A stretch of DNA of 40,446 nt from an uncultured Sphingomonadales bacterium (GCA_937884085.1 CAKZYD010000399.1:1-40446), one strand, 5' to 3'. Positions 18,373-28,536 are shown, counted from the first letter of the stretch. Numbers and translations are program-made. The notes: generated by a model not told the origin, from the sequence alone.

Positions 18373-19877
18373 GCAGCCGGCCTAATCCGTCTGTAGCTGA
18401 GCGCCTCGGCTAAGTGAACGCGGGTGACGTTTTCTTCACCAGCTAAATCCGCCAGCGTGCGCGCCACGCGCAGAACGCGGTGGTATCCGCGGGCCGTTAG
18501 CTTGAGCTGTGCAATAGCGGTTTGCATCAAGTTTTGTCCTGCCTCGTCAAGCGCGGATGCGTTTTCCAGTACTGGTCCATCTGCCTCAGAATTCGTGGTG
18601 ATGCTATCGTCTTTATACCGTGTCATTTGAATATCTCTGGCCGCCCGGACGCGTGCGGCCACTTCGGTGCTTCCCTCGGCTGGGGGTGGCAACGTCAGGT
18701 CTGCCGCGGACACTGGCGGTACGTCCACATGAAGGTCAATGCGATCAAGCATCGGACCAGAGATTTTTGATTGATAATCGAGGCCGCATTTGGGCGCGCG
18801 TGTGCATGCCGCTTCTGGATCAGCCAAATGTCCGCATCGACATGGGTTCATGGCTGCAATCAATTGGAACTTCGCTGGAAAGGTCACATGTGCATTGGCC
18901 CTGGCCACACTTACCTCGCCGGTCTCAAGCGGTTGCCGCAGCGCATCCAGGGCATTGCGCTGAAACTCCGGCAGCTCATCTAAAAACAAAACACCGCAAT
19001 GGGCAAGGGAGCCTTCACCGGGTTTTACCTTCAGTCCGCACCCCGTTAAAGCCGCCATAGAGGCCGAATGGTGTGGGGTTCGAAACGGGCGCGCTTGACT
19101 GATCATTCCATCGGTCAGCGTTCCCGCCACCGATGAAATCATTGAGGCTTCAAGCGCTTCGCCGGGCGTGAGGTCTGGCAAAATGCCGGGCAGCGCGGCT
19201 GCCAAGAGCGATTTTCCAGCACCGGGCGGACCGCACATGAGCAACGTATGGCCACCTGCAGCGGCAATCTCCAGCGCTCTTTTTGCCGCCTCCTGGCCTT
19301 TAATGTCTTTCAGGTCCCGCTGATATGTCGGCTGCGGCGCAAGCGTGGCGACAGGCTGACTCAGCATCTGTCGGCCTTTAAAGTGGTTGAGCAGCGCCAT
19401 GAGATGGTTCGCTGCGAGAACAGGAATATCGCCAGCCCAGGCGGCCTCTGGACCTTGCTCGGCTGGACAAATCAGCCCGCGATCTTCCGCATTGGCCGCA
19501 ACGGCTGCTGGCAAAACCCCCGGTACGGGTCTCAGTGCGCCATCAAGGCCCAGTTCGCCCAGCGCGACAAAGCGCTCTGTCTCTTCAGGTGCAATGACAT
19601 CCAGCGCCATGAGGAGCGCCAAGGCGATCGGGAGATCAAAATGGCTGCCTTCTTTTGGAAGATCGGCTGGCGCCAGATTGACTGTGATACGCCGCGGCGG
19701 CAAGGCCAGGCCCACGGCCCCAAGGGCCGCGCGCACCCGTTCTTTGCTTTCAGCAACGGCTTTATCGGCTAAGCCAACGATCGTAAATGCGGGAAGACCA
19801 GAGGCAACATGCACCTGAACATCAACAGGGCGCGCTTCAATCCCCACAAATGCCATCGTTCTGAGCTGTGAAACCAT
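18369..19877 (-). CDS. comM: YifB/ComM Mg-chelatase-like AAA+ ATPase
   Basis: RITVNLAPADLPKEGSHFDLPIA, GPPGAGKS, RPFRTPHHSAS, GVLFLDELPEF, AAMNPCRCG, ISGPMLDRIDL. Confidence 0.95.
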   Translation of the reverse strand: MVSQLRTMAFVGIEARPVDVQVHVASGLPAFTIVGLADKAVAESKERVRAALGAVGLALPPRRITVNLAPADLPKEGSHFDLPIALALLMALDVIAPEETERFVALGELGLDGALRPVPGVLPAAVAANAEDRGLICPAEQGPEAAWAGDIPVLAANHLMALLNHFKGRQMLSQPVATLAPQPTYQRDLKDIKGQEAAKRALEIAAAGGHTLLMCGPPGAGKSLLAAALPGILPDLTPGEALEASMISSVAGTLTDGMISQARPFRTPHHSASMAALTGCGLKVKPGEGSLAHCGVLFLDELPEFQRNALDALRQPLETGEVSVARANAHVTFPAKFQLIAAMNPCRCGHLADPEAACTRAPKCGLDYQSKISGPMLDRIDLHVDVPPVSAADLTLPPPAEGSTEVAARVRAARDIQMTRYKDDSITTNSEADGPVLENASALDEAGQNLMQTAIAQLKLTARGYHRVLRVARTLADLAGEENVTRVHLAEALSYRRIRPAA

Positions 19878-19943
19878 AGCCTTCGAACGCCCCCCACAAG
19901 AACGCTATGCGTGTAAGCGTAGTCTATGCACCTTTGGGATGAT

Positions 19944-21776
19944 TTAAAAGTAGCGTTGGATGCGAACTTGCACGAAATCGTCGTCTTGGAAGGGCTGAAA
20001 GGCGGAGGGTTGATTGGATTGCGTGAGGATACGAGCATCTACCGAAAGGCGCCATTTTTCGCCCAGACGCGTTGAGGCTTCGACATTGATGAAGCTGCCA
20101 TCGCCATCCAAGTCGATAATGGCGCCGGCCAGCAGCTCCGTGTTTGACGTATCGTTGAAACCGATGCGCGCGCCGACAAAGACGTCTTCTTCAAAAGGCA
20201 TGGGGCTGGTTTCGCCGCGGTCATCATAGAGGAATTCAGACAGGAAACCGATATCGGCCCCGCCGATGCTGTTGAAGAGGGTGTATTCGAACCCGGCAAT
20301 GAACGCCGTATAGTCTTGCGTGGCGTCACCCCATTGATGCACGCCTTCGCCTTTTAAGAGGAGGGGCCCCAACGTGACTTGCGTATCGATGCCAACTTGC
20401 TGGATTTCATCATAATTGGGGATGAGCACCGCTTGCATGGGGTCTTCATTATCGACGCCAAGGGTGAGACGCGGGTCGCGGGCAATTCCATTGAAATAGC
20501 TCAGGCCCAGATCAATCATGTCGAAGCTGCCAAAATAGCGTGTGGCAAAACTCAGGTGCCATGGGTCATCTGACCCGTCATATGTGGCTTGGTCCAAATC
20601 GACGACCAAGGGGCCATTGGGCCTGCCATCAGGCCCTGGAAAAGTGCGTTGGCGCGCGAGCGGCATGATATAGCCTGATAGCGTCCCTAGCGGCGTAATG
20701 ACGCTCCCCGCCGCCATGAGTTCACCGCGCTTGTCCTCGTCATCAATGTCCTCAACGCCGTCAATTTGATTGATAATGTCGACCAGATGGAAGGACTCAG
20801 TTGTGCCCCAGAAAACCGTATCAAAGCCAAGCGTGACGTTGAGAGCATCAAACTCACCTGTGTATTTGGCTTCACGAATTTCCGCATGCGTGCGGCTATC
20901 ATCAGCAGCATCATAGCGACCAAACCCAGTCACCTTAAAGGCATGGGTATTGTTTAAATGCCATTCGGCAGTTGGCTGTATGGCAACAGAGCCGGTCACA
21001 CGGTCTCGGTCGCCGTCGCTTGACGCTTGCAAATACGGCCTGGCTTCGCCTTCCACATAGCCATAGAAGGCCACCTGATTAAGCTTGCGTTCCCGGCCCT
21101 TAAAGTCTGGAAGAATAGCGCGAACTGGGGGCGGGGGCCGTTCTTGCCGCCGCGGCGCAGCGGGTGCCCCGGCCATGATATCGTCACCCAAATCAGCCAC
21201 TTGCTGGCGCTCTTCTGGCTGCGTCACCGTCCATTCGAGCTTGCCGATATAGGGCTTTGCGCCTGTGCCTAACGCGACGTCTTGAGCGATGGAATCATCA
21301 AAATTTGCTGCCAAATAGCCGCGAAAGGACCACGGCTCAAAATCGATGACCATCCGCACGCCATCACCTTGCTTGGCGGGCAGAGTGAAAGTCCGCTTTG
21401 GCTCAAAACCAGTGACGCCTTCCACATAGACGGCGGTCAGTGTCGCAAGGCTGCGCTCAATGCGGGCGCTGAGGGGGCCAGCGTTTGCCACCAAGGTTTC
21501 GTCCGGCGCTTCAACACCGTCAAAGAAGATCGCAAAGCCTTCCAAATGGGCTACGATATCAGGGGCTGATGCGCCTGACATTTCAATGACCAAGCGCACG
21601 AATTCGTCATGTTCGCCTGCCCGGAGATTCTCAATGGCGGGCAGCGCTGCAATCGCCGCTGAACTGGTAAAGCTGAAGGCTGCGGCCAGGCCAAACCGCA
21701 TGCTTTGAAAAGCGGCATTCTGAGCGCTGCTGCGTGGCTTCTTGTTGCCAGCTATTTTGGAATGCCGCAGCGCCAC
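19944..21776 (-). CDS. Outer-membrane beta-barrel protein (LolA-like-associated type) with an N-terminal AMIN-like domain
   Basis: Signal peptide (alternative ATG 21701); AMIN-like IENLRAGEHDEFVRLVIEMS...FTLPA..G.RMVIDF; Pro-rich linker; barrel with VFWGTTESFHLVDIINQID and terminal VRIQRYF. Confidence 0.75.
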   Translation of the reverse strand: MALRHSKIAGNKKPRSSAQNAAFQSMRFGLAAAFSFTSSAAIAALPAIENLRAGEHDEFVRLVIEMSGASAPDIVAHLEGFAIFFDGVEAPDETLVANAGPLSARIERSLATLTAVYVEGVTGFEPKRTFTLPAKQGDGVRMVIDFEPWSFRGYLAANFDDSIAQDVALGTGAKPYIGKLEWTVTQPEERQQVADLGDDIMAGAPAAPRRQERPPPPVRAILPDFKGRERKLNQVAFYGYVEGEARPYLQASSDGDRDRVTGSVAIQPTAEWHLNNTHAFKVTGFGRYDAADDSRTHAEIREAKYTGEFDALNVTLGFDTVFWGTTESFHLVDIINQIDGVEDIDDEDKRGELMAAGSVITPLGTLSGYIMPLARQRTFPGPDGRPNGPLVVDLDQATYDGSDDPWHLSFATRYFGSFDMIDLGLSYFNGIARDPRLTLGVDNEDPMQAVLIPNYDEIQQVGIDTQVTLGPLLLKGEGVHQWGDATQDYTAFIAGFEYTLFNSIGGADIGFLSEFLYDDRGETSPMPFEEDVFVGARIGFNDTSNTELLAGAIIDLDGDGSFINVEASTRLGEKWRLSVDARILTQSNQPSAFQPFQDDDFVQVRIQRYF

Positions 21777-21939
21777 GCTCGTCTCTTATCGCTTAATCAC
21801 ATCAGACCGTTTCTTTAGGGGATGTGCGTGCCACACCAGCCTTTCCGGCTTGTGAATATCTTTGTAAAATTAAACAGAAATCCACTACATCTTGTATTCT
21901 GTTAACCAAATCTGTGCCCATGCGCAACACTGGCGCTGG

Positions 21940-22728
21940 TCAATTCTGCAGCGCAACTTGCGAAAAATCAGCATCTGAGAAGCCGTTCCCGAAGGCGAAT
22001 GTATCCCAGAGTAAATAGGTCGTTTTGCCTGAGCGATGGTTCACCATCGTCATCTGTAGAGAACGCCAAAATCGGCCTTCATACTGCCGATAATCCTGGA
22101 AAAAGAGCGTTTTGAAATGCGTGTCTTTTGTGTCGAAATAATCGACCCTTTGCAGACGGTAGTGCTCGGTGTCGAGATAGGCAATTTGTTTGCGATAGCC
22201 GGACTCAGGATCGAGCGGCACGCGCTCTAACTTAAAGCAGCTTTGCGCACCACATCGGACGGTTGCCTGATAGTGGTGCTGGTAGCGTTCAATCTCCGGC
22301 GGCAACATATCTTCATAGGAAAACTCCGACGCCATGAACGGCCCGGCGCGGTTTGTGGAAGGAACGCGCTTCACGCGCTTAATGGCTGGTAGATACAGCC
22401 ATTGCTGATCGGCTTGCGTGATTTCCGCATGGGTGAGCAGCGCTGTGCCTTTCACATCCAGCGGCTTATGAAACAGGACGAGGCTTTTCTGGCCCGATGC
22501 CTTGTCAGCGCCCTCTCTGGTTTTGATCGTTAAGAAACGCCGCGCTTCTTTCCCGGATGCATCTTGCAGCACCATCTCAACACTGGCAACGGAATCGACA
22601 AAACCAGATTCGCGGCGATCCGCTTCTTCAGCAATTTCTTGACCGCGCGCAAGCGCAGACGGCTCCGGCGCGTTGGCGGCCAGGAACAGCAAGGCAATAC
22701 TGCCAAGAAAAGGGGGCAAGATACGCAT
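21940..22728 (-). CDS. Outer-membrane lipoprotein-sorting (LolA-like) protein
   Basis: KSLVLFHKPLDVKGTALL, DQQWLYLPAIKRVKRV, GPFMASEFSYEDM; signal peptide. Confidence 0.88.
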   Translation of the reverse strand: MRILPPFLGSIALLFLAANAPEPSALARGQEIAEEADRRESGFVDSVASVEMVLQDASGKEARRFLTIKTREGADKASGQKSLVLFHKPLDVKGTALLTHAEITQADQQWLYLPAIKRVKRVPSTNRAGPFMASEFSYEDMLPPEIERYQHHYQATVRCGAQSCFKLERVPLDPESGYRKQIAYLDTEHYRLQRVDYFDTKDTHFKTLFFQDYRQYEGRFWRSLQMTMVNHRSGKTTYLLWDTFAFGNGFSDADFSQVALQN

Positions 22729-22851
22729 AACAACACCAGACTGCAGCGGTCACATTAACCAAGTCTTTATATTGCAGTACGCTGACCAGGCAGAGACAGT
22801 TTTTGGAGCGTTATTTCGCTATAGAATCAAGTTATCCCAAGTACGGCCAAG

Positions 22852-23799
22852 TCAGGCAATCGCGGCAGCGTCCTCAATCGCATCGAGAATATCGATTGCC
22901 AGATCTGGTCCGCCGAGATTTTTAATCTCCCGCAAGCCCGTCGGTGAGGTGACGTTAATCTCGGTCAGAACATCGCCGATGACATCAATCCCGACGAAAA
23001 CGAGGCCGTTCTCCTGTAAGAACGGTCCTATCGCGCCGCAGATGTAGTCTTCCCGCTCGGTCAAACGCGTTGCGACGGCCTTGCCACCCACATGCAGGTT
23101 TGACCGCGACTCTCCTTCCGCCGGGACACGGTTGACAGCGCCCACTGGCTTGCCGTTGACCAAGATGATGCGTTTATCGCCTGCGCGTACTTCCGGCAGG
23201 TATCGCTGGACCACATAGGGTTCGCGGTTAAGCCCTTCAAAGAGTTCAAGAAGCGAATTGAGGTTTTGATCTTGTTCGCTGATCCGAAAGACACCCGCGC
23301 CGCCATTGCCGTGCAGTGGCTTAACGATGATGTCTTTGTGCTCGTCGCGGAAGGCGTGAACAGCCTCTTGATCTCGGGTGATGAGCGTTGGCGGCATCAA
23401 ATCACCGAAATGGGTGACCAGTAGCTTTTCCGGTGCATTGCGCACTGCCGTTGGATTGTTCACGACAAGCACGTCATCCGTTGCATGTTCCAGCATATGG
23501 GTGACGCTGATATAGGCCATGTCAAAAGGCGGGTCTTGCCGCATAAGGACGACATCGAGGTCTGCCAAGGGACGCCTTTCCATTGCGGTGCACTCGAAAT
23601 GGTCATCAAGGGTGTCGCGCACGGTGAGGCCGTGGCCTTTTGCTTCGACCACACCGTCGCGCAGGCTGAGATGGTCCGGCAGATAGTGCCATAGACTGTG
23701 GCCCCGGCTTTGCGCTTCTAACGCCAAGGCAAAGGTGGAATCGCCTTGAATATCGATGGCGTCTATGGGGTCCATTTGAAGGCCGATTTTGAGGCTCAT
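22852..23799 (-). CDS. gshB: Glutathione synthetase
   Basis: [55 protein letters not shown]. Confidence 0.98.
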   Translation of the reverse strand: MSLKIGLQMDPIDAIDIQGDSTFALALEAQSRGHSLWHYLPDHLSLRDGVVEAKGHGLTVRDTLDDHFECTAMERRPLADLDVVLMRQDPPFDMAYISVTHMLEHATDDVLVVNNPTAVRNAPEKLLVTHFGDLMPPTLITRDQEAVHAFRDEHKDIIVKPLHGNGGAGVFRISEQDQNLNSLLELFEGLNREPYVVQRYLPEVRAGDKRIILVNGKPVGAVNRVPAEGESRSNLHVGGKAVATRLTEREDYICGAIGPFLQENGLVFVGIDVIGDVLTEINVTSPTGLREIKNLGGPDLAIDILDAIEDAAAIA

Positions 23800-23816
23800 T
23801 GCGGGTTGTCTCTTTT

Positions 23817-24176
23817 TCACGCGGGGCAGATGTCGTGCATATGCACCGGCCAGCGCCCCGCAGCAAGGCAGAGTGCGTCAACACGCTGTTCGGCGTGCGC
23901 GAAAGCTGGGTTTTGGCTGATGAAATAGTGGGCTGCCCGGAGGATGCGGGTTTGCTGGTGGGGCGTTATGGCTTCCAGGGCAAGATCGACCGTTTTGCGC
24001 GCTTTGACTTCCACAAAAACCAGCGTGTTGCCGCGCCGTGCGATGAGGTCGATTTCGCCAACCGGACTTTTGTAGCGGTGTTCAATGATCGCATAGCCTT
24101 TAAGCCGCAAATACCAAGCGGCCAGCGTTTCGGCTCTGCGGCCCTTGCGCTCGCGCCGTTGCCGGTCCTGCGTCAA
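23817..24176 (-). CDS. yraN: YraN-family (UPF0102) nuclease
   Basis: [38 protein letters not shown]; TTG start overlapping the rsmI stop. Confidence 0.93.
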   Translation of the reverse strand: MTQDRQRRERKGRRAETLAAWYLRLKGYAIIEHRYKSPVGEIDLIARRGNTLVFVEVKARKTVDLALEAITPHQQTRILRAAHYFISQNPAFAHAEQRVDALCLAAGRWPVHMHDICPA

Positions 24177-25024
24177 CGCTTACCCGCCAGCGCCAAGGCT
24201 TCCTCATACAGCGTGGATCGGGACGCGCCAGTTTCTTTCGCTACCAATTTTGCGGCCTCCCTGACCGACAGGCCGTCTGCTAGGGCTTCTTTGAGCTGCA
24301 GGGTTGGATCAACCTGGGGCTTTTGTGCTGGTCCAATGACGATAACGAACTCACCCTTGGCCGCCCGCGCTGCCCAGCGCTCTGCCAAGACGGCCAGCGT
24401 GCCATGGTCCACCTCCTCATAGAGTTTGGTCATTTCTCGGCAGACAGCAGCGGGCCTGTCCGGCATGGCGTCTGCCAGCGCGGCAAGACCGGCGGCAATG
24501 CGGTGCACGCTTTCAAACACAATCAGCGTGTGTTCTAGGCGCGCCAGCTTTGTGCAAAAGGCCTGCCGCGCGCCTGCCTTGCTCGGCAGATAGCCGAAGA
24601 AACTGAATTGGTCGGTGGCCAAACCAGACAGGGTGAGCGCCAGCAAGGGCGCGCTGGGCCCTGGCAGCGCGGTCACCGTCAGGCCCGCCGCAATGGCCTC
24701 TCGCGCCAATTTAAAGCCCGGGTCATTGATGAGTGGGGTGCCGGCGTCGCTCACCAGGGCGATAGCGTGTGTCTCAGCGTGTGCAAGAATGTCGCCGCGT
24801 TGGCTCTCGCCAGCATGGTCATCATAGCGCGATAAAGCCGCAGTGATGCCATAATGGCGCAGCAGCTTTGCGGTCACGCGGGTGTCTTCGCAATACACAC
24901 GCTCTACGCTGGAAAGAACGTCCAGCGCCCGCAAGGTGATATCACGCAGATTGCCAAGCGGCGTTGGAACGATGTAGAGGCCCGGCGTAAGAGGCGCTTT
25001 GGATAGGGAAAGGGATTGGCTCAT
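24173..25024 (-). CDS. rsmI: 16S rRNA (cytidine1402-2'-O)-methyltransferase
   Basis: LYIVPTPLGNLRDITLRAL, CEDTRVT, LVSDAGTPLINDPG, REMTKLYEE; start ATG 25024. Confidence 0.97.
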   Translation of the reverse strand: MSQSLSLSKAPLTPGLYIVPTPLGNLRDITLRALDVLSSVERVYCEDTRVTAKLLRHYGITAALSRYDDHAGESQRGDILAHAETHAIALVSDAGTPLINDPGFKLAREAIAAGLTVTALPGPSAPLLALTLSGLATDQFSFFGYLPSKAGARQAFCTKLARLEHTLIVFESVHRIAAGLAALADAMPDRPAAVCREMTKLYEEVDHGTLAVLAERWAARAAKGEFVIVIGPAQKPQVDPTLQLKEALADGLSVREAAKLVAKETGASRSTLYEEALALAGKR

Positions 25025-25070
25025 GGTGCGAGGCTTGCACAGCTGGCTGGCAGCGGGCAAGGTCCGGCCC

Positions 25071-26687
25071 ATGTCCATCCGTCTCATTCTCGCCGCAAAG
25101 CAGCGCCGTAATCCTTTTGGCCGCTGCTTGACGCTTCTCGTTGCTGCAGCCATCTCAGCATGTGCGCAGCCTCAGTCTGCGCCCCGGGTTAAGGCCCCGC
25201 CGATAGAGGCAGCGCCAATTGATATGGTGGGGTCAGGAAGCGTAGCGGACGATATCCGCATTGCTGCCGTTCTGCCCCTTTCAGGCCCTCAGGCTCGGCT
25301 CGGAGATGCTATGGCGAAAGCGGTTGAGATGGCTTTTTTCCAAGCTGCGGACCCGCGGCTTAAGCTGCGGTTCTTTGATTCCGCCGGCAGTGCGGCAACC
25401 CCTGATACCCAATTGGCGTTGAAAGACGACATTCTAGCGTTTGCGCCAGCGGCCGTCGTTGGCCCCTTGTTTTCCAGCAACGCACAAATCCTGGCAGCGG
25501 CCCTATTGGATCAATCCGTTCCGGTCTTGACGTTTTCCAATGACATGACAGCAAATGCGGCAGGCGCTATTCTACTCGGCCAGCAGCCAGAACAAGAGAT
25601 AACGCGTGTCCTGGCCCATGCAGCGCCCCAATTGGAAACGCGCCGGCTTGGCATGATTTTGCCAAGTGACATCTATGGCGACCGTGTAGCGACAGCTGTT
25701 GAAGCCACAGTGCAAGCGCTTAACTTTGTAGAGCAGCAGGATTACCAAGAGCGTTATGCTGCTTGGGAAGAGCGGCGCCGAAACGATGAGTTCGCTTTTG
25801 ACGACCCCTTGCTAGATGATGCCGCGACTGAAGGTAAGATGCCCTCGCCTCAAAGGGAGGGATTAGATCCGACAGATTTTCCTTTTGACCCTTTGCTAGA
25901 TGCAAGGCTTGTCGGGTCACCCTACCTATGGCTGGCCACCAATGTTGATCCAGCGCCAACGCTTGAGCTGTTTCAAATGACCCAGAGCGCGCGTTATGAG
26001 CGCAATTTACGCACTCTTGATGAACCGACTCGGTCGGTTGCGCAATTTGACCGCCGCACGGCCGAAGTTGAAGCAGAGCGGCTATTTTTGACGGATCTTG
26101 ATGATCCCATGGGCCTCGATTATCTCGATTCCATTCGTAATCTCGATACATTTGCACAGCCGGCCTATGATGCGCTGATCCTTGCTGAAGGCGGACAAAT
26201 CTTGCGCGCCCTTGCGCCTCTCCTCAATGTCTATGAAATCGATGAAGAGGAAGTTCAATTCATTGGCACGGGCTTATGGAATGACCCCGGGTTATCGCGA
26301 GAGCCCGCTTTGCACGGCGGTTTGTTTGCCGCAGCGCCGCCCAGCATGGGCGCGGCCTTTACTGAGCTTTATGAGGACAGCCACGGCACGCCGCCACCGC
26401 CTTTAGCCGCCATCGCTTATGACGCCATGGCTCTCATAGCGCTCGCTGGCCGTGATGAGGCGGGCGATCCAGCCCCTTTCGACCCAGCCCGCCTTTTCAA
26501 GGCAGGCGGCTTTGTCGGCGCTACGGGTTTGCTGCGGATACTGCCAAGCGGTATCGCAGAGCGCATGCTAGCGATCATGAAGATTACAGAAAGCGGGCTC
26601 ATTGTGGTCGAAGACGCGCCATCCGCCTTTCCGCCTGATCTCCAAGACCCAACAGACCCCCCTGTCCCGGAGCCTTTGGGGCGATAA
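25071..26687 (+). CDS. LpoA/LppC-like penicillin-binding protein activator lipoprotein
   Basis: Lipobox ISAC; IAAVLPLSG, VVGPLFS, FIGTGLW, LAAIAYDA, GFVGATG; divergent from rsmI as usual; has a long acidic insertion. Confidence 0.85.
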   Translation: MSIRLILAAKQRRNPFGRCLTLLVAAAISACAQPQSAPRVKAPPIEAAPIDMVGSGSVADDIRIAAVLPLSGPQARLGDAMAKAVEMAFFQAADPRLKLRFFDSAGSAATPDTQLALKDDILAFAPAAVVGPLFSSNAQILAAALLDQSVPVLTFSNDMTANAAGAILLGQQPEQEITRVLAHAAPQLETRRLGMILPSDIYGDRVATAVEATVQALNFVEQQDYQERYAAWEERRRNDEFAFDDPLLDDAATEGKMPSPQREGLDPTDFPFDPLLDARLVGSPYLWLATNVDPAPTLELFQMTQSARYERNLRTLDEPTRSVAQFDRRTAEVEAERLFLTDLDDPMGLDYLDSIRNLDTFAQPAYDALILAEGGQILRALAPLLNVYEIDEEEVQFIGTGLWNDPGLSREPALHGGLFAAAPPSMGAAFTELYEDSHGTPPPPLAAIAYDAMALIALAGRDEAGDPAPFDPARLFKAGGFVGATGLLRILPSGIAERMLAIMKITESGLIVVEDAPSAFPPDLQDPTDPPVPEPLGR

Positions 26688-26689
26688 TC

Positions 26690-27940
26690 CTAGCGGATCA
26701 GTTGTGCTAGAATTTGGTTGGCAACCGGCCAGCCTTTGTCAGTCAGCTTTAGCTGGCCGTCTAACAGCGTGAGCCATCTGTCCTCTTCCAGAGCACGAAG
26801 CGCGTTTTGATCGATTGCAGCCTCGGCTAAGCTCAGGTTGATCCCTTGGCGTAACCGCAGGCCCATCATCAACATCTCTTCCGCCCTTTCCGTGTGCGAC
26901 AAGGCAGTTGTTTCGGCGATGCCACCCCCCCTTTTTTCGACTGCTTCTAGCCAGCGTTCGGGTTTTTTATGTGCCGCCGTGGCATACCATCCATCAGGAT
27001 CAAGCCAGCGGCCATGCGCGCCTGCGCCAACGGCGGCGTAGGGCTGGCCCCGCCAATAAACCAGGTTGTGGCGGCATTCATCGCCCGGGCGGGCATGATT
27101 GGAGATTTCATAGGCGGGCAGGCCAGAGGCCTCTAAGCGCTCTTGGGTAAACTCAAACAGATCTGCCGCCCGGTCCTCATCCATCGGCGTCAACGTTCCG
27201 CGCTTGACATGCCCTTCAAAGCCCGTACCGGGCTCGATGGTCAGTTGGTAGAGCGAGAGATGATGCGTGCCGAGGCTGAGAGCTTCATCTAGCTGGCTTT
27301 GCCAATTGGCCCGGGGTTGGTTCGGCAGGGCGTAAATGAGGTCGATGCTTACCCTATCAAAGGCTCTTTGCGCCGTCTCAATGGCGGCGCGGGCTGCGTT
27401 TGCATCATGGGCGCGGCCCAGAAACCTGAGTGCGTCATCGTCAAAGCTTTGAATGCCAAGAGAGACGCGGTTGACGCCGGCCTCTGCAAAACCCGCAAAT
27501 TTGGCCGCCTCCACGCTGGAGGGGTTGGCCTCTAGTGAGATTTCCAAATCGTCTTCAGCGGAAAAAGCCTGTTTGGCTGCCGCGATAGCAGCTGCAACCG
27601 TCTCTGCGTCCATCAGAGAGGGTGTTCCGCCGCCAAAAAAGATGCTGCCCAGCGGTGGGTGGCCTGCGCGAACGCCTGCTGTGCGGATTTCGGTGACCAA
27701 CGCATCCCGATACCGGGTTTCGGGTACAGTCTCCCGAACGTGACTATTAAAGTCGCAATAGGGGCATTTGGAGACGCAGAAGGGCCAGTGGATATAGAGG
27801 CCCCACACCTGCGATGTGCCGCTTACCAATGACCCCGCATCCCCGGACTTGATCCGGGGTCTGGTGCCGAATTGCGTGCCTATTTCGGACCCAGATGCTG
27901 AATTAAGTTCAGCATGGCGGACTTCGCTTATTGGAGACAT
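26690..27940 (-). CDS. hemW: Radical SAM heme chaperone HemW
   Basis: [45 protein letters not shown]; ATG overlaps the rdgB end; REP-derived N-terminal extension. Confidence 0.95.
   Translation of the reverse strand: MSPISEVRHAELNSASGSEIGTQFGTRPRIKSGDAGSLVSGTSQVWGLYIHWPFCVSKCPYCDFNSHVRETVPETRYRDALVTEIRTAGVRAGHPPLGSIFFGGGTPSLMDAETVAAAIAAAKQAFSAEDDLEISLEANPSSVEAAKFAGFAEAGVNRVSLGIQSFDDDALRFLGRAHDANAARAAIETAQRAFDRVSIDLIYALPNQPRANWQSQLDEALSLGTHHLSLYQLTIEPGTGFEGHVKRGTLTPMDEDRAADLFEFTQERLEASGLPAYEISNHARPGDECRHNLVYWRGQPYAAVGAGAHGRWLDPDGWYATAAHKKPERWLEAVEKRGGGIAETTALSHTERAEEMLMMGLRLRQGINLSLAEAAIDQNALRALEEDRWLTLLDGQLKLTDKGWPVANQILAQLIR
27836..27919. repeat. 84-bp REP doublet, copy 2, inside the hemW reading frame
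   Basis: CGCA-TC-CCCGGA-CTTGA-TCCGGG ... ATGCTGAA-TTAAG-TTCAGCAT-GGCG; same architecture and length as 1906-1989. Confidence 0.8.
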
Positions 27941-28536
27941 GCCTCAACCAGCTGCGCAAAGGCGCGCGCTCTATGGGAGATGGCGTGTTTGTCCGCGGGC
28001 TCCATTTCGCCGAAGGTGATGTCATAGCCGTCGGCAATGAAAATGGGGTCATAGCCAAAGCCCTTGTCCCCGCGCGCTGGCCAAGTGATCTGGCCATAGA
28101 CTTTGCCTTCAAAGGTCTCGCAGTGGCCGTCTGGCCAAGCCAAAGAGAGGGCGCAAGTGAAATGCGCTTGGCGTTCAGTGTCTGGAATGCCCCATTCCTC
28201 CAGGGCTTCATGCACTTTGCCCATTGCCCTCGTGAAGTCCTTCTTAGGCCCGCCCCATCGGGCGGAATAGACACCTGGCTCGCCATCGAGCGCGTGGATG
28301 GAGAGCCCGCTGTCATCGGCCAGGGCGGGTAGGCCTGCGGCCTTTGCACCCGCAAGCGCTTTCACCTCTGAGATTTCGATGAAGGTCATGCCCGGCTCGA
28401 CTGGTTCAGCCAGCTCCAATTCGCCAGCGCTCACAACGGCTTTGCCGAAGGGTTCCACCAAAGCTGCAATCTCGCGCACCTTGCCCTTATTATGAGAGGC
28501 AACCAGCAGCTTTGGCTCCGTCAGTGTCCTAGGCAA
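27928..28536 (-). CDS. rdgB: Non-canonical purine NTP pyrophosphatase (RdgB/HAM1)
   Basis: [41 protein letters not shown]; TTG start at 28536 inferred (ORF open from 28575). Confidence 0.96.
   Translation of the reverse strand: MPRTLTEPKLLVASHNKGKVREIAALVEPFGKAVVSAGELELAEPVEPGMTFIEISEVKALAGAKAAGLPALADDSGLSIHALDGEPGVYSARWGGPKKDFTRAMGKVHEALEEWGIPDTERQAHFTCALSLAWPDGHCETFEGKVYGQITWPARGDKGFGYDPIFIADGYDITFGEMEPADKHAISHRARAFAQLVEACLQ

Noticed and set aside
21818-21833. TGGCACG on the minus strand upstream of the AMIN-barrel gene as a sigma-54 promoter
   Set aside because: The -12 position reads TCCCT and lacks the essential GC
23799-24422. Antisense and alternate-frame ORFs (e.g. this 207-aa ORF, 35775-36410, 2404-2934)
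   Set aside because: Shadow ORFs of real genes in GC-rich DNA with no recognisable motifs
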